Shown here: in pieces, positions 8,760-18,856 of the stretch
Numbering within the stretch: the stretch's first letter is position 1
Layout of the letters: each line of letters begins with the position of its first letter
Assembly: GCA_051918525.1 (NCBI GenBank)
Contig: JBPPZI010000002.1
Span: 18,205-81,951, forward strand
Direction of reading: 5' to 3'
DNA length: 63,747 bases
From: Pseudogracilibacillus sp.
GTDB lineage: Bacteria; Bacillota; Bacilli; Bacillales; Amphibacillaceae
Notes under the pieces: generated by a model
What the model saw: the letters and a program-made list of their open reading frames with translations, nothing else
Databases searched by the model: none
What the model was told of the DNA's origin: nothing
Made by a program: the position numbers and the translations under genes

Positions 8760-9863
8760 TTAAACATCGATTGTAACATCAAAACCATTCTGTTCTAACA
8801 AGGAAAAGGCCCGTTTCTGATCTTCACGGTTTGTAACACTCAGTCTAAGTGCTCCATTAATATCATCCCGTATTTCCAAGATTTGAATGTTTCTTATGCT
8901 AATTTCTTCATCAGCGATTAGTTGTACGACAGACGCAATCGATCCAGGTTGGTCTTTAATATCAACATATACATCATAAAATGATGGTAATGCTCCTCTT
9001 GTCTTTTTCTCTCCAAGTCCATCGCGGTATTTTTTAGCTTGATCAAGATAGGTAATCATATCTTCCTTATTATTTTTATCTAAAAATTCTTTTAATGTTA
9101 CCATTTCATTAATCCAGTCTTGGAGCAGTCGAGACATTTTGGAGCCATTATGCTGAAATATATCTTGCCATAATTTTGGATTGCTTGAAGCAATCCGAGT
9201 AATGTCACGAAAACCACCCGCAGCAAGATTTGGTAAATAATGATGAACTTGTTCCCATTTTTTTGCTTGATGGACAAGAGAAGAAGCAATTAAATGAGGG
9301 AAATGAGAAATAACACTCGTCATTTCATCGTGTTCATCTGGTTGCAAAATAATAAAATTGCTTTTCGTTTCTCTAAGGACATCTTTTAAAATTCCAACTT
9401 TATCCATTGAGCATTCTGTAGTTGGTGTTAATACATAAATAGCATTTTCGAATAAGTGTTCTCGGGCTGCACGAATACCATTTTTATGAGATCCGGCCAT
9501 CGGATGCCCACCTATAAACGTGATATGTTTATTGGTAAGATTATTTGCTACTTCCAGTATAGACCCTTTAACGGAACTAACATCTGAAACAATAATATCA
9601 TGTTCCAAATCAATATGATCCAGTTGCTTTAAAAGGTCGATAGTTGCTGTAATCGGTGCTGCTAAAAAAACAATCTCTGCTTTTTTTACTCCCGATTCTA
9701 AATCTGTACAAATTTCATCAATCGTACCTTCTTCTAGGGCGATTTGCAATGTATCTGCATTTAAATCATAGCCTAAAATATAGTTCTCTTGCATTTTTTT
9801 CATTGCTTTTGCAAGAGAACCTCCAATTAGCCCTAGACCGGCCACTAAAATTTTCCGTTTCAT
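8760..9863 (-). CDS. tyrA: Prephenate dehydrogenase with C-terminal ACT domain
   Basis: GLGLIGGS, GGHPMAGS, SHFPH, FRDITRIA. Confidence 0.96.
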   Translation of the reverse strand: MKRKILVAGLGLIGGSLAKAMKKMQENYILGYDLNADTLQIALEEGTIDEICTDLESGVKKAEIVFLAAPITATIDLLKQLDHIDLEHDIIVSDVSSVKGSILEVANNLTNKHITFIGGHPMAGSHKNGIRAAREHLFENAIYVLTPTTECSMDKVGILKDVLRETKSNFIILQPDEHDEMTSVISHFPHLIASSLVHQAKKWEQVHHYLPNLAAGGFRDITRIASSNPKLWQDIFQHNGSKMSRLLQDWINEMVTLKEFLDKNNKEDMITYLDQAKKYRDGLGEKKTRGALPSFYDVYVDIKDQPGSIASVVQLIADEEISIRNIQILEIRDDINGALRLSVTNREDQKRAFSLLEQNGFDVTIDV

Positions 9864-10966
9864 TTCAAAACCCCATCATTTATTTTCAATTGTAATTCTT
9901 TTAATATCGGTTGGAGGGCCAACATATCCTCTTCATTTCCTATTGTAACTCGTATCGTATTTGGATAACCAAGTAGGTTACCGGAGCGGACAATAAAGCC
10001 GTGTTGTAATAAATAATGTGAAACCTTATCTGCATCTATTGGAGTATGAATTAATAAAAAATTGGTGTGTGATTCATAGTAAGACCAACCAATCGTATCT
10101 AAAAAGGTTTGAAAGTCTTTCTTTACTTTGTAATTTAAATTTTTCGTTTCCTCAATAAATTTATCATCTTGAAGGGCAGCAATAGCTGCTTTTTGCGAAA
10201 ATGAAGTTGTATTAAAGGGCCCCCTAACAACATTTAACTTATGGGCTATTTCGGAATTTGCAATTCCATATCCAACCCTTAATCCAGCTAAACCATAAAT
10301 TTTTGAAAAAGTACGTAAGACAATTAGATTCGGATACTTGAATAAAGAATCATGTAAAGATAATCTTAATTGTTCTGATACAAACTCATAATAAGCTTCA
10401 TCCAAAACGACAAGAACTTCTGGTGGTACTTCATCCATAAATTGCTTGAACTCATTCTTTTGAATAATTGTACCAGTTGGGTTATCCGGCGTACAGATCC
10501 AGACCACTTTTGTATTCTTGTCAATTGCATTTTTCATTTCTTCTAAATCATGCTTTCCATTTCTTGTCGGAACCTCCCTTACTTCTGCACCTTCAATAAG
10601 TGAATGATGACGGTATTGAGTGAAGGTCGGAGAAGCCATTACAGTGTTGACTCCCGGGTATAAAAAAGCACGACAAATAAACGTGATCACTTCATCTGAA
10701 CCATTTCCAAATACAATTTGCGATTCATCAACGTTAAGTTTCTCAGATAGTTTCATTCGCAAATCGGACGTATAGCCATCTGGATATATTTCGTAATCTA
10801 TCATACTTTTATTTAATTGCTCTTTTACTTGACTTGAGCAACCATAAGGGTTTTCATTTGAAGCTAATTTTACAATCTTATCCAAGTTATATTTACGTTT
10901 TACATCCGCAATTTGCATTCCCTGTTTGTATGCCGTTAATTGATTTAAAATTTCCTTACCAACCAT
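9860..10966 (-). CDS. hisC: Histidinol-phosphate aminotransferase
   Basis: KLASNENP, LDEAYYEF, RTFSKIYGLAGLRVGY. Confidence 0.95.
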   Translation of the reverse strand: MVGKEILNQLTAYKQGMQIADVKRKYNLDKIVKLASNENPYGCSSQVKEQLNKSMIDYEIYPDGYTSDLRMKLSEKLNVDESQIVFGNGSDEVITFICRAFLYPGVNTVMASPTFTQYRHHSLIEGAEVREVPTRNGKHDLEEMKNAIDKNTKVVWICTPDNPTGTIIQKNEFKQFMDEVPPEVLVVLDEAYYEFVSEQLRLSLHDSLFKYPNLIVLRTFSKIYGLAGLRVGYGIANSEIAHKLNVVRGPFNTTSFSQKAAIAALQDDKFIEETKNLNYKVKKDFQTFLDTIGWSYYESHTNFLLIHTPIDADKVSHYLLQHGFIVRSGNLLGYPNTIRVTIGNEEDMLALQPILKELQLKINDGVLK

Positions 10967-11341
10967 TTAATCACCTTCATTTCCAACTAAATCAGGTCTT
11001 AATTTAATTGCTTCATTTAAAAAAATATGCTGTACTTCATTTTGTTTCAATCCCGTCCTTGCAACCATCATCACTCTAATACATAACGGTAAACTGTTTG
11101 GTACGTCAATTTCTTTCATACACATAACTGGAACATGAGTCCATCCATTCATCTCTCTTGCAACTTTTGCAGGAAAACTTGCGTTTAAATCATTTGTGAC
11201 AGAAAATAATACATGAGATATATCCTCAGGTTTGATCTGATTTGTCTCTACCATTGTTAAGACCAATTTTTTAGTTTCTTTCGTTATTTCTGCTTCAATA
11301 TTACCATTTACCGTTGTAGCTCCCCTAAACCCCCGGATCAT
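10967..11341 (-). CDS. aroH: Chorismate mutase, AroH type
   Basis: MIRGFRGATT, FPAK..R, CIRVM, LRPDL. Confidence 0.95.
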   Translation of the reverse strand: MIRGFRGATTVNGNIEAEITKETKKLVLTMVETNQIKPEDISHVLFSVTNDLNASFPAKVAREMNGWTHVPVMCMKEIDVPNSLPLCIRVMMVARTGLKQNEVQHIFLNEAIKLRPDLVGNEGD

Positions 11342-12411
11342 ATTGCCTTCAACTCCTCTTCAAACATCTCTAATGCTGTTAATACTTCCTGGTCACTAAG
11401 TTCGATTGTTTTAGGATCAGCCACATCATTTAGTAAAACCATTTGAACATGCTGATTTTCGGCTTTTTTATCTAATTTCATTACCTCTAATAATTCTGAA
11501 ATTTTTACGCCAAATAAAGACAATGGATAATTATTTTTCTTTAACCAGCTATAGAATGCTTCATATGACAAGGCTTTATTAAATTTTTGTTCACTAAGTC
11601 TTAAGGCAAATAACATGCCTATTGCTACAGCTTCACCATGGGTAATTTTTCCATAACCTAATTTTGTTTCTAAAGCATGGGCTAACGTATGACCAAAGTT
11701 TAAAAATTTACGGATATTTGACTCTTTTTCGTCTTGTTCTACTATTTCAGCTTTGATTTTAATGCCATTATATAAATGGTCTCTTAATTGGTTGTTTGAT
11801 AAGCCATAAATATCAACATTTAGAAGCTGCTTTAAAAAAGATTCATCCGCAATAAATGCTTCTTTAATAAGTTCTGCATAACCGGAACGTACTTCATGTT
11901 CCGGTAAAGAACTTAACGTGTTCACATCATAAATAACAGCTTGCGGTGGATAAAAACTTCCAATCATATTTTTCCCTAATTCATGGTTAATTGCTACTTT
12001 TCCCCCCACACTGCTGTCATGTGCAAGTATTGTTGTAGGCATTTGAATAAAATCAATACCTCGCATAAAGGTAGCTGCTACAAATCCTGCCAAATCACCG
12101 ACAACCCCACCTCCAAGAGCAATAATTAGTGACTTTCTATCTAAGTGATAGTTCATTGCTTCTGTTTGGAGGTGATAAAACTGATGTATATCTTTAGATG
12201 CTTCCCCATTTTTAATAATAGATTGGAAGACACGCTGTCCTTTTAAAGCAGACAAAACATCATCTAAGTATAAGGAAGCAACCTTATCGTCAGTAATAAT
12301 TAGGATCGATGAATAATCCTGTTCGATAAGGTCTTGTAACTGAAAACGAAGATTATCTCCAATATGGACGAAATATGAATGAGTAGATGTTTGAATACTC
12401 AATTCATTCAT
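11338..12411 (-). CDS. aroB: 3-dehydroquinate synthase
   Basis: GGGVVGDLAGF, DSSVGGK, LNFGHT. Confidence 0.97.
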   Translation of the reverse strand: MNELSIQTSTHSYFVHIGDNLRFQLQDLIEQDYSSILIITDDKVASLYLDDVLSALKGQRVFQSIIKNGEASKDIHQFYHLQTEAMNYHLDRKSLIIALGGGVVGDLAGFVAATFMRGIDFIQMPTTILAHDSSVGGKVAINHELGKNMIGSFYPPQAVIYDVNTLSSLPEHEVRSGYAELIKEAFIADESFLKQLLNVDIYGLSNNQLRDHLYNGIKIKAEIVEQDEKESNIRKFLNFGHTLAHALETKLGYGKITHGEAVAIGMLFALRLSEQKFNKALSYEAFYSWLKKNNYPLSLFGVKISELLEVMKLDKKAENQHVQMVLLNDVADPKTIELSDQEVLTALEMFEEELKAI

Positions 12412-12412
12412 T

Positions 12413-13585
12413 TTAAAAGCACCTTATTTCTTCGCGATAGTCTTCGATTGCTTTTTTAAGCTGAGGAAATTGGTCACTTGTAAATTGTTCCGTTAATGCT
12501 TTCGCCAATTCAAAAGCAATGACATGTTCCATTACGACCGCTGCTGCTGGAACAGCACATGAGTCAGAACGTTCGATACTTGCATTAAATGGTTCTTTTG
12601 AATCAATATCTACACTTTGCAAAGGTTTATAAAGGGTCGGAATAGGTTTCATTACACCTTTTATTACAAGAGGCATTCCAGTAGTCATTCCACCCTCAAA
12701 ACCACCAAGACGATTTGTTCTGCGGTAATAGCCTTTTTCTTCATCCCATAAGATTTCATCATGAACTTCTGAGCCATTTTTTCGAGCTGCTTCAAATCCG
12801 ATCCCAATTTCTGCTCCTTTAAAAGCATTAATGCTCATGACACTACCTGCCAACTTGGCATCTAGCTTCCTATCATAGTGAACATAAGAACCAATCCCGG
12901 CAGGCATTCCTTCGACATAAACTTCACAAACACCACCGATGGAGTCACCATCTTTTTTCGCTTGATCGATTCGATCCATCATCTCCTGTTCAACATCCTT
13001 ATCTAATACTCGTACAGGTGATGCTTCAGAAATTTCCATTCTCTCTTGAATCGTTAAGTCCTCAATTTCTTTTGCTCTGATACCAGCGATCTCTTTCACA
13101 TATCCAACTACTTCAATCCCTAATTGTTGGAGCATAATTTTAGCAACAGCACCAGCTGCGACTCGAGCAGTAGTTTCACGCGCAGAAGATCTTTCCAGTA
13201 CGTTTCTCATATCACGATGACCATATTTAAGTGCACCATTTAAATCAGCATGCCCCGGTCTAGGACGAGTCACAACACGACGAACCTTCTCGTCATCGTC
13301 AATTGGATCCTCCCCCATAATATTTACCCAACTTTTAAAATCATCATTGTTAACAACTAAAGCGATTGGTGAACCTAATGTATAGCCATGGCGGACACCA
13401 CTTGTAATTTCTACTAAGTCTTTTTCAATTTGCATTCTTCTACCACGACCGTGCCCTTTCTGTCTACGTAACAAAGATTTATCAATGTCTGCTTTTAACA
13501 GTGGCATGCGAGCAGGTACACCTTCAATAATTGTCGTTATTTTTTTTCCGTGAGACTCCCCTGAAGTTAAGTAGCGCATCATCAT
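12413..13585 (-). CDS. aroC: Chorismate synthase (B. subtilis aroF)
   Basis: GESHG, RPGHAD, RSSARET, MKPIPT. Confidence 0.97.
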   Translation of the reverse strand: MMMRYLTSGESHGKKITTIIEGVPARMPLLKADIDKSLLRRQKGHGRGRRMQIEKDLVEITSGVRHGYTLGSPIALVVNNDDFKSWVNIMGEDPIDDDEKVRRVVTRPRPGHADLNGALKYGHRDMRNVLERSSARETTARVAAGAVAKIMLQQLGIEVVGYVKEIAGIRAKEIEDLTIQERMEISEASPVRVLDKDVEQEMMDRIDQAKKDGDSIGGVCEVYVEGMPAGIGSYVHYDRKLDAKLAGSVMSINAFKGAEIGIGFEAARKNGSEVHDEILWDEEKGYYRRTNRLGGFEGGMTTGMPLVIKGVMKPIPTLYKPLQSVDIDSKEPFNASIERSDSCAVPAAAVVMEHVIAFELAKALTEQFTSDQFPQLKKAIEDYREEIRCF

Positions 13586-13609
13586 TCCTCATTTCTTTTG
13601 CAAGTCATG

Positions 13610-14380
13610 TTAATTTTTTTGATAAAAAAATGTATCAAAAAGTGTTAATTGAAATTCACTCGGATTAAAAATTTGTTCCGTGCTTCCAACAAATAAAAAA
13701 CCTTTTGGATTTAAAGCTTCGCCAAAACGAGTATAAATTAATTTCTTAGCAGGATCAGTAAAATAAATAAGTACATTTCTACAAACGATTAAATCAAGAT
13801 CAGATGGATATGGATCTTTTAGCAAATTATGTTTCTTAAATGAAATGGAAGCTTTTAGTTTTTCATTTATATGAAACTTATTGTTTTTAAATAGAAAGTA
13901 TTTTGACTTTTTATGAGCTGGTAAATCTTTCAAAGCAGAAGGATGGTAAATACCTTCTTTAGCCTTTAAAAGTACTTTCTCATCAATATCTGTTGCAATA
14001 ATAGAATATGTTATATTACTAAAATGTTCTTGCAACATGATCGCCAAACTATAAGGTTCTTCTCCAGTTGAACATGCTGCACTCCAGATTGTAATATGTT
14101 TTTTGTTTTTTATTAATTCAGGGATAATTTTATCTCTTAATACATCCCAGCGTTTTGGATTACGATAAAACTCAGAAACATTTATCGTCATCCGATCAAG
14201 AAATTCATTTTTTAATACGTCATCACGTGAAAGAGCTAAATAATAACTGGAAAAGTCAGTAAAACCTCTTTTGTTTCGTAATGATGTAAGTCTTCTTTTC
14301 ATTTGAGCTTCTTTATATAAATTTAAATCGATCCCAAATTCATCATTTACTTTATTTACAAAACTATTATAATCCCCCAA
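13610..14380 (-). CDS. cheR: Chemotaxis protein methyltransferase
   Basis: TINVSEFYR, WSAACSTGEEPYS, CRNVLIYF. Confidence 0.95.
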   Translation of the reverse strand: MGDYNSFVNKVNDEFGIDLNLYKEAQMKRRLTSLRNKRGFTDFSSYYLALSRDDVLKNEFLDRMTINVSEFYRNPKRWDVLRDKIIPELIKNKKHITIWSAACSTGEEPYSLAIMLQEHFSNITYSIIATDIDEKVLLKAKEGIYHPSALKDLPAHKKSKYFLFKNNKFHINEKLKASISFKKHNLLKDPYPSDLDLIVCRNVLIYFTDPAKKLIYTRFGEALNPKGFLFVGSTEQIFNPSEFQLTLFDTFFYQKN

Positions 14381-14450
14381 CGTATAACCAGCCTTTATTT
14401 AAGATAAATAATAGAAAGCCTCCGTATAAAACAGAGGCCAAAAACAGTTA

Positions 14451-14900
14451 TTAGTAGATCCAAGTTTTGTCTTGTTTTTCGTAGTTAACAAGTTCACTTT
14501 CATTAAAGAATAGATTAATTTCTCGCTCTGCACTTTCCGCGGAATCGGAACCATGGATAATATTTTTACCAACTGTGATTGCATAATCTCCACGGATTGA
14601 TCCTGGATTTGCTTCTTGTGGATTTGTTGCACCAATCATTAATCGTGATGTTTTTATTACATTTTCACCTTCCCAAACCATTGCAAAGACTGGACCTGAT
14701 GTAATAAAATCAACTAACTCCCCAAAAAAAGGACGTTCTTTATGTTCACCATAATGATTTTCTGCAAGTTCTTGAGATATTTGCATTAATTTTGCTCCTA
14801 CTAATGAAAAGCCTTTTTGTTCAAAACGATTGACAATCTCACCGATCAATCCTCTTTGAACACCATCTGGTTTTACCATAATAAAAGTTTTCTCCATCAT
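14451..14900 (-). CDS. ndk: Nucleoside diphosphate kinase
   Basis: [17 protein letters not shown]. Confidence 0.97.
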   Translation of the reverse strand: MMEKTFIMVKPDGVQRGLIGEIVNRFEQKGFSLVGAKLMQISQELAENHYGEHKERPFFGELVDFITSGPVFAMVWEGENVIKTSRLMIGATNPQEANPGSIRGDYAITVGKNIIHGSDSAESAEREINLFFNESELVNYEKQDKTWIY

Positions 14901-15001
14901 CTATTCTCCTTTTTCTTTTACCAACTAGTAAATATAAGTTTTTTTAATGTAATCGTTAAAAAGTTTATCAAATTATGTCAAATAATACAATTAAACTAAA
15001 A

Positions 15002-15158
15002 TGTACGTGTTCAAAAAGGAGGATGAAAAAGACCAAGAAGTTCGAGGCGGCGCAGTTTCGAGCAGTGGAATGTATGCATTTAGATACATGAGCAGCGGAG
15101 AAACAAGCCAACGAAGAAATTCGCAGTGTCATTTTCACCGGACTTTTTGAACATCCTC
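15002..15158 (-). mobile_element. MITE-like repeat family C, copy C2 (without nested insertions)
   Basis: TIRs tgttcaaaaa/tttttgaaca, flanking taaaa direct repeats (14997-15001, 15159-15163); abuts hepT stop; reverse complement of C1 core. Confidence 0.8.
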
Positions 15159-16144
15159 TAAAATCGTCTTTTTCCAATTATATTTGCAATTGTTTGTAAT
15201 GTCTTTTTTGCTCTATTGTTTTGTAAAGGTTTAATAGATTGCAATGCTTTTTGTAAATACAAATTACTTAATTGATACGATTTTTCAATTGCATCTGTTT
15301 TATGTAATAAATGTAGTATATTTTGCATGTCTACTTCGTTAATTTCTTTTTCATATTTAAACACTTCCTTGATTTCATGTAAAAAATCAGGGTCTTTCAT
15401 AGCAAACAAAGTCGGAAGTGTGATGTTACCTTGAATTAGATCACTTCCAGTTGGCTTACCTAACTCTTCAGGTGAAGCAGTGAAATCGAGAATGTCATCA
15501 ATAATTTGAAATGACATACCGACATTATACCCATAACGGTATAACTGATTTGCCTGTTGTGCAGGTGCACCGGAAGCGATTGCTCCAAGCTTGCAGCTAG
15601 TTGCAATTAATAAAGCAGTTTTTCTTTTAATTCTTTTAAGATATTTTTTTAAATCTTGCTCAACATTATATTTATCTTCAATTTGGGCAATTTCTCCTTC
15701 TACAACTTTGACGAGCGTCTTTGATAAGGAGTGATGTACATCAGGAACACTTACAGTTGTAATTACTTCGAGAGCTCGGGCAAGAATATAGTCCCCGGTG
15801 TACATTGCCACACGGTTGCCATATAGATGTTTAATTGTAGGTTTTCCTCTTCGTAACTCAGCATCATCAACTACATCATCATGAACAAGCGTTGCCATAT
15901 GGATTAGTTCTAATGCCACTGCAACAGATTTAATTTGTTCGATATTTTGTTTATAATTTCCAAATTGAGCTGATAACAAAACAAAAACTGGACGGATACG
16001 TTTCCCGCCAGCACGCAATAATTGTAAGGAAGCCTCACGCAATATCGGATGTTCTGCCTCGATTGTTTCTGTTAATGAATTTTCGATATCTTGTAAGTCT
16101 TTCCTTAAAAATCCATAAATATTCGCAAGTTTCATACTTTTCAC
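15158..16144 (-). CDS. hepT: Heptaprenyl diphosphate synthase component II
   Basis: GGKRIRP, LVHDDVVD and FQIIDDILD aspartate-rich motifs. Confidence 0.95.
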   Translation of the reverse strand: MKSMKLANIYGFLRKDLQDIENSLTETIEAEHPILREASLQLLRAGGKRIRPVFVLLSAQFGNYKQNIEQIKSVAVALELIHMATLVHDDVVDDAELRRGKPTIKHLYGNRVAMYTGDYILARALEVITTVSVPDVHHSLSKTLVKVVEGEIAQIEDKYNVEQDLKKYLKRIKRKTALLIATSCKLGAIASGAPAQQANQLYRYGYNVGMSFQIIDDILDFTASPEELGKPTGSDLIQGNITLPTLFAMKDPDFLHEIKEVFKYEKEINEVDMQNILHLLHKTDAIEKSYQLSNLYLQKALQSIKPLQNNRAKKTLQTIANIIGKRRF

Positions 16145-16170
16145 CTTTTTTACTATCTTTTCTACGGCTG

Positions 16171-16875
16171 TTATTTTGTCGCCATATGCATGGCTGCAAC
16201 TCCACCAGTATAGGTTTTAACAGCAACATGGGAAAAACCTGTTTCAAGAAACATTTTTTTGAGCTCATTTTTATCTGGAAATTCTCTTGCTGATTCATGC
16301 AACCAGGCATACTCTTTGTAACTTTTCGCAAAAAGTTTTCCGAACATTGGCATGATAAAACGAAAATAAAAGAAATATAATTGCCTAAAGCCTATCAAAG
16401 TCGGCTGTGACGTTTCTAAACAGACAACTTTCCCTCCTGACTTGGTTACACGATACATTTCTTTTAAAACTGTTTCATAATCAGGAACATTTCGTAAGCC
16501 GAAACCAATCGTTACATAATCAAATGTCTCATCAGGAAATGGGAGTTCCATTGCATTTCCATGAATAAAATTCAATTGCTCTAATCGTTCTTCTTTTTGT
16601 TTTTCATGTGCAACTTTGAGCATGTTTTTACTGAAATCAAGACCGGTCACTTCACCTTCAATACCAGTAGCTTTTGCCATGGAAATTGCCCAGTCTCCTG
16701 TACCTGTACATACATCAAGTGCCTTACTTCCTTTTTGTACTTGCATTCGTTTCATTACATCTTTTCTCCACGCTATGTGTCGATTAAAAGAAATAACAGA
16801 ATTCATCGAATCATACTTATTATAAATTTTTTCAAAAACGTGATGGACTCTTTCTTCCTTTGAACTTTCTGTCAT
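16171..16875 (-). CDS. menG: Demethylmenaquinone methyltransferase
   Basis: [25 protein letters not shown]. Confidence 0.95.
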   Translation of the reverse strand: MTESSKEERVHHVFEKIYNKYDSMNSVISFNRHIAWRKDVMKRMQVQKGSKALDVCTGTGDWAISMAKATGIEGEVTGLDFSKNMLKVAHEKQKEERLEQLNFIHGNAMELPFPDETFDYVTIGFGLRNVPDYETVLKEMYRVTKSGGKVVCLETSQPTLIGFRQLYFFYFRFIMPMFGKLFAKSYKEYAWLHESAREFPDKNELKKMFLETGFSHVAVKTYTGGVAAMHMATK

Positions 16876-16878
16876 GCA

Positions 16879-17673
16879 TTACCCTTCTTCCGCTATTGAC
16901 GTATTGTAAGATAATTTAAGATTATTTGTAACCATATTTTTGAATGATCCAAATCTATAAGGTAAAGCAGATGTTAGTTTATCCAATGTTCGCTTCCTTA
17001 AATCTATATTGTCCTCAAGTTCAGTTAGCACCGATCGATAGTTCGCATTTAATGAATACTTTCTTAAGTAATCTTCAATAGGAGAATACTGATTCATTTC
17101 GATCTTTTCTTTTTCTTTCTTAAGTCTATTGATTAATAATAATTCTTTAATAATTGGAATGAGTTCATATTTATCCTTAAGAAATGATGTAACTTCTGCA
17201 AATAGGAGAGATTCAATGTCTCTAATTGTGTCTACCAATTCATCGCTTGTTTGAACATTTTCATAATATAATATCATCTTTTTTTCGTTAATTTTTTTTA
17301 TTGCTGTTGCTAATATTCGGATCATATCAATATCTTCTATCTCGGACAAAAGCATATAATATAATCCACTATAATAATCCCCTGCTAGGACTGATAGTTG
17401 CTTTTCAATATTTTTCATATTATTTGAATTCCCATTAGGAACTAATTCATGTGTATCTAAAGCAATTTGCACGAGCATAATCGTTGTCATATAATGCTGT
17501 TTTTTAGTAGATGAAATTTCAAGATCCTTATAAAGATAATGTAAAATGTATAATTTATCATAATCAATTAAGGGCTTCTGAATATATTTTTCCACATATG
17601 AATGACTTATTTTATTCTCGATCATATGTTTTAATTGATTTGCTTCTTTACTCAATATGTGCACGCCTACCAC
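16879..17673 (-). CDS. hepS: Heptaprenyl diphosphate synthase component I
   Basis: MLVQIALDTHE, QLSVLAGDYYSGLYY. Confidence 0.93.
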   Translation of the reverse strand: MVGVHILSKEANQLKHMIENKISHSYVEKYIQKPLIDYDKLYILHYLYKDLEISSTKKQHYMTTIMLVQIALDTHELVPNGNSNNMKNIEKQLSVLAGDYYSGLYYMLLSEIEDIDMIRILATAIKKINEKKMILYYENVQTSDELVDTIRDIESLLFAEVTSFLKDKYELIPIIKELLLINRLKKEKEKIEMNQYSPIEDYLRKYSLNANYRSVLTELEDNIDLRKRTLDKLTSALPYRFGSFKNMVTNNLKLSYNTSIAEEG

Positions 17674-17857
17674 CTATGCCCTTTCATGCAATCATTACTA
17701 ATAGTATAGCATAATTTATAATCATGAAGCGAGAATGGATAATTAGAATATTAATTTTGATTAATTCCTACTTACTATCACTTATTTTCTCAACAAAGTC
17801 AATAATTATAGAAAGAGGTTGGTTATTTCTATCCCGAGGATGGTAACGTAACAAAAT

Positions 17858-17886
17858 AAAAAAGGGTACGTTGTAGGACGCACCCT
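17858..17886 (-). terminator. Terminator after hbs
   Basis: agggtacgt/acgcaccct stem (G-U pair on minus strand) plus T-tract. Confidence 0.65.
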
Positions 17887-17910
17887 AATTTTTTGTTGCT
17901 CTATGTAAAA

Positions 17911-18186
17911 TTAGCTTTTTACAGCTTCTTTTAGAGCTTTACCAGCTTTGAATGCCGGAACTTTACTTGCAGGAATTTCAATCTCTTCACCCGTTTGAGG
18001 ATTGCGACCTTTACGGGCAGAACGTTCACGTACTTCAAAATTACCGAATCCGATAATTTGAACTTTTTCTCCATCTTTAAGTGAATCCATGACAGATTCA
18101 AATACAGCATCAACTGCTTTTGCAGCATCCTTTTTGGATAATTCACTCTTCTCAGCTACAGCATTGATTAAATCTGTTTTATTCAT
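17911..18186 (-). CDS. hbs: DNA-binding protein HU
   Basis: [21 protein letters not shown]; start chosen after RBS ggaggtg. Confidence 0.97.
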   Translation of the reverse strand: MNKTDLINAVAEKSELSKKDAAKAVDAVFESVMDSLKDGEKVQIIGFGNFEVRERSARKGRNPQTGEEIEIPASKVPAFKAGKALKEAVKS

Positions 18187-18506
18187 GACATTCACCTCCT
18201 CCCAAAAAATATAATTTGTTTATTAACAAATTATAAAGCTATTCCCATTTGTTCACCAATTTGCCGTTTTTTATACTTCGTTTGGCAATAAACTGATGAT
18301 AAAGCTTATACTAACTGACTTTATCATAAAATTCAACATAAAATAGTGAATTTATACGTTTTTTTTTCAACTTTTTTAAAAGCCTTTAAAAATTGCTCCA
18401 TTTTTACAAAAAAATAGCAAAAATCAGCGCACAGACGTGACCTTTGCCGTAATAATTTCATCACAATATTTTGATTTTTCATTAAAAAAACTGGATAAAT
18501 ATTTCT

Positions 18507-18834
18507 TAGAAAACTTGGCTTATCGTTAAAGAAAACATGCCCCTTCAAAGGGGTATGCCGACGTCAGGCGCAAAGCCTGTTCTTAGTCGGCCTTCCTCAG
18601 ATTGGCGAAAGCCAGAGGTGATGTTGCACTTATGCTAGCGAGTGCAAGCCTTGGCGAGAGTATGAGTTGCACTTACGAGTGATTGACGTGCTAGTGACTT
18701 ACGCCTGAGACAAATGCTTTACGGTGGGACGAACGAAAGAGCAAATGCCCTTCGATGGGACGAGTAAGCGAAGTCCCAGGACGCCCGAGCTTTTAGCCAG
18801 TGAGCATTAGGAAAGTTTCTTTCTTATCTGCCAA
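18507..18834 (+). repeat. Dispersed repeat family B, copy B2 (long form)
   Basis: Same modules and ends as B1; abuts the spoIVA terminator. Confidence 0.9.
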
Positions 18835-18856
18835 ATAAAAACAGCTAAATTAGCTG

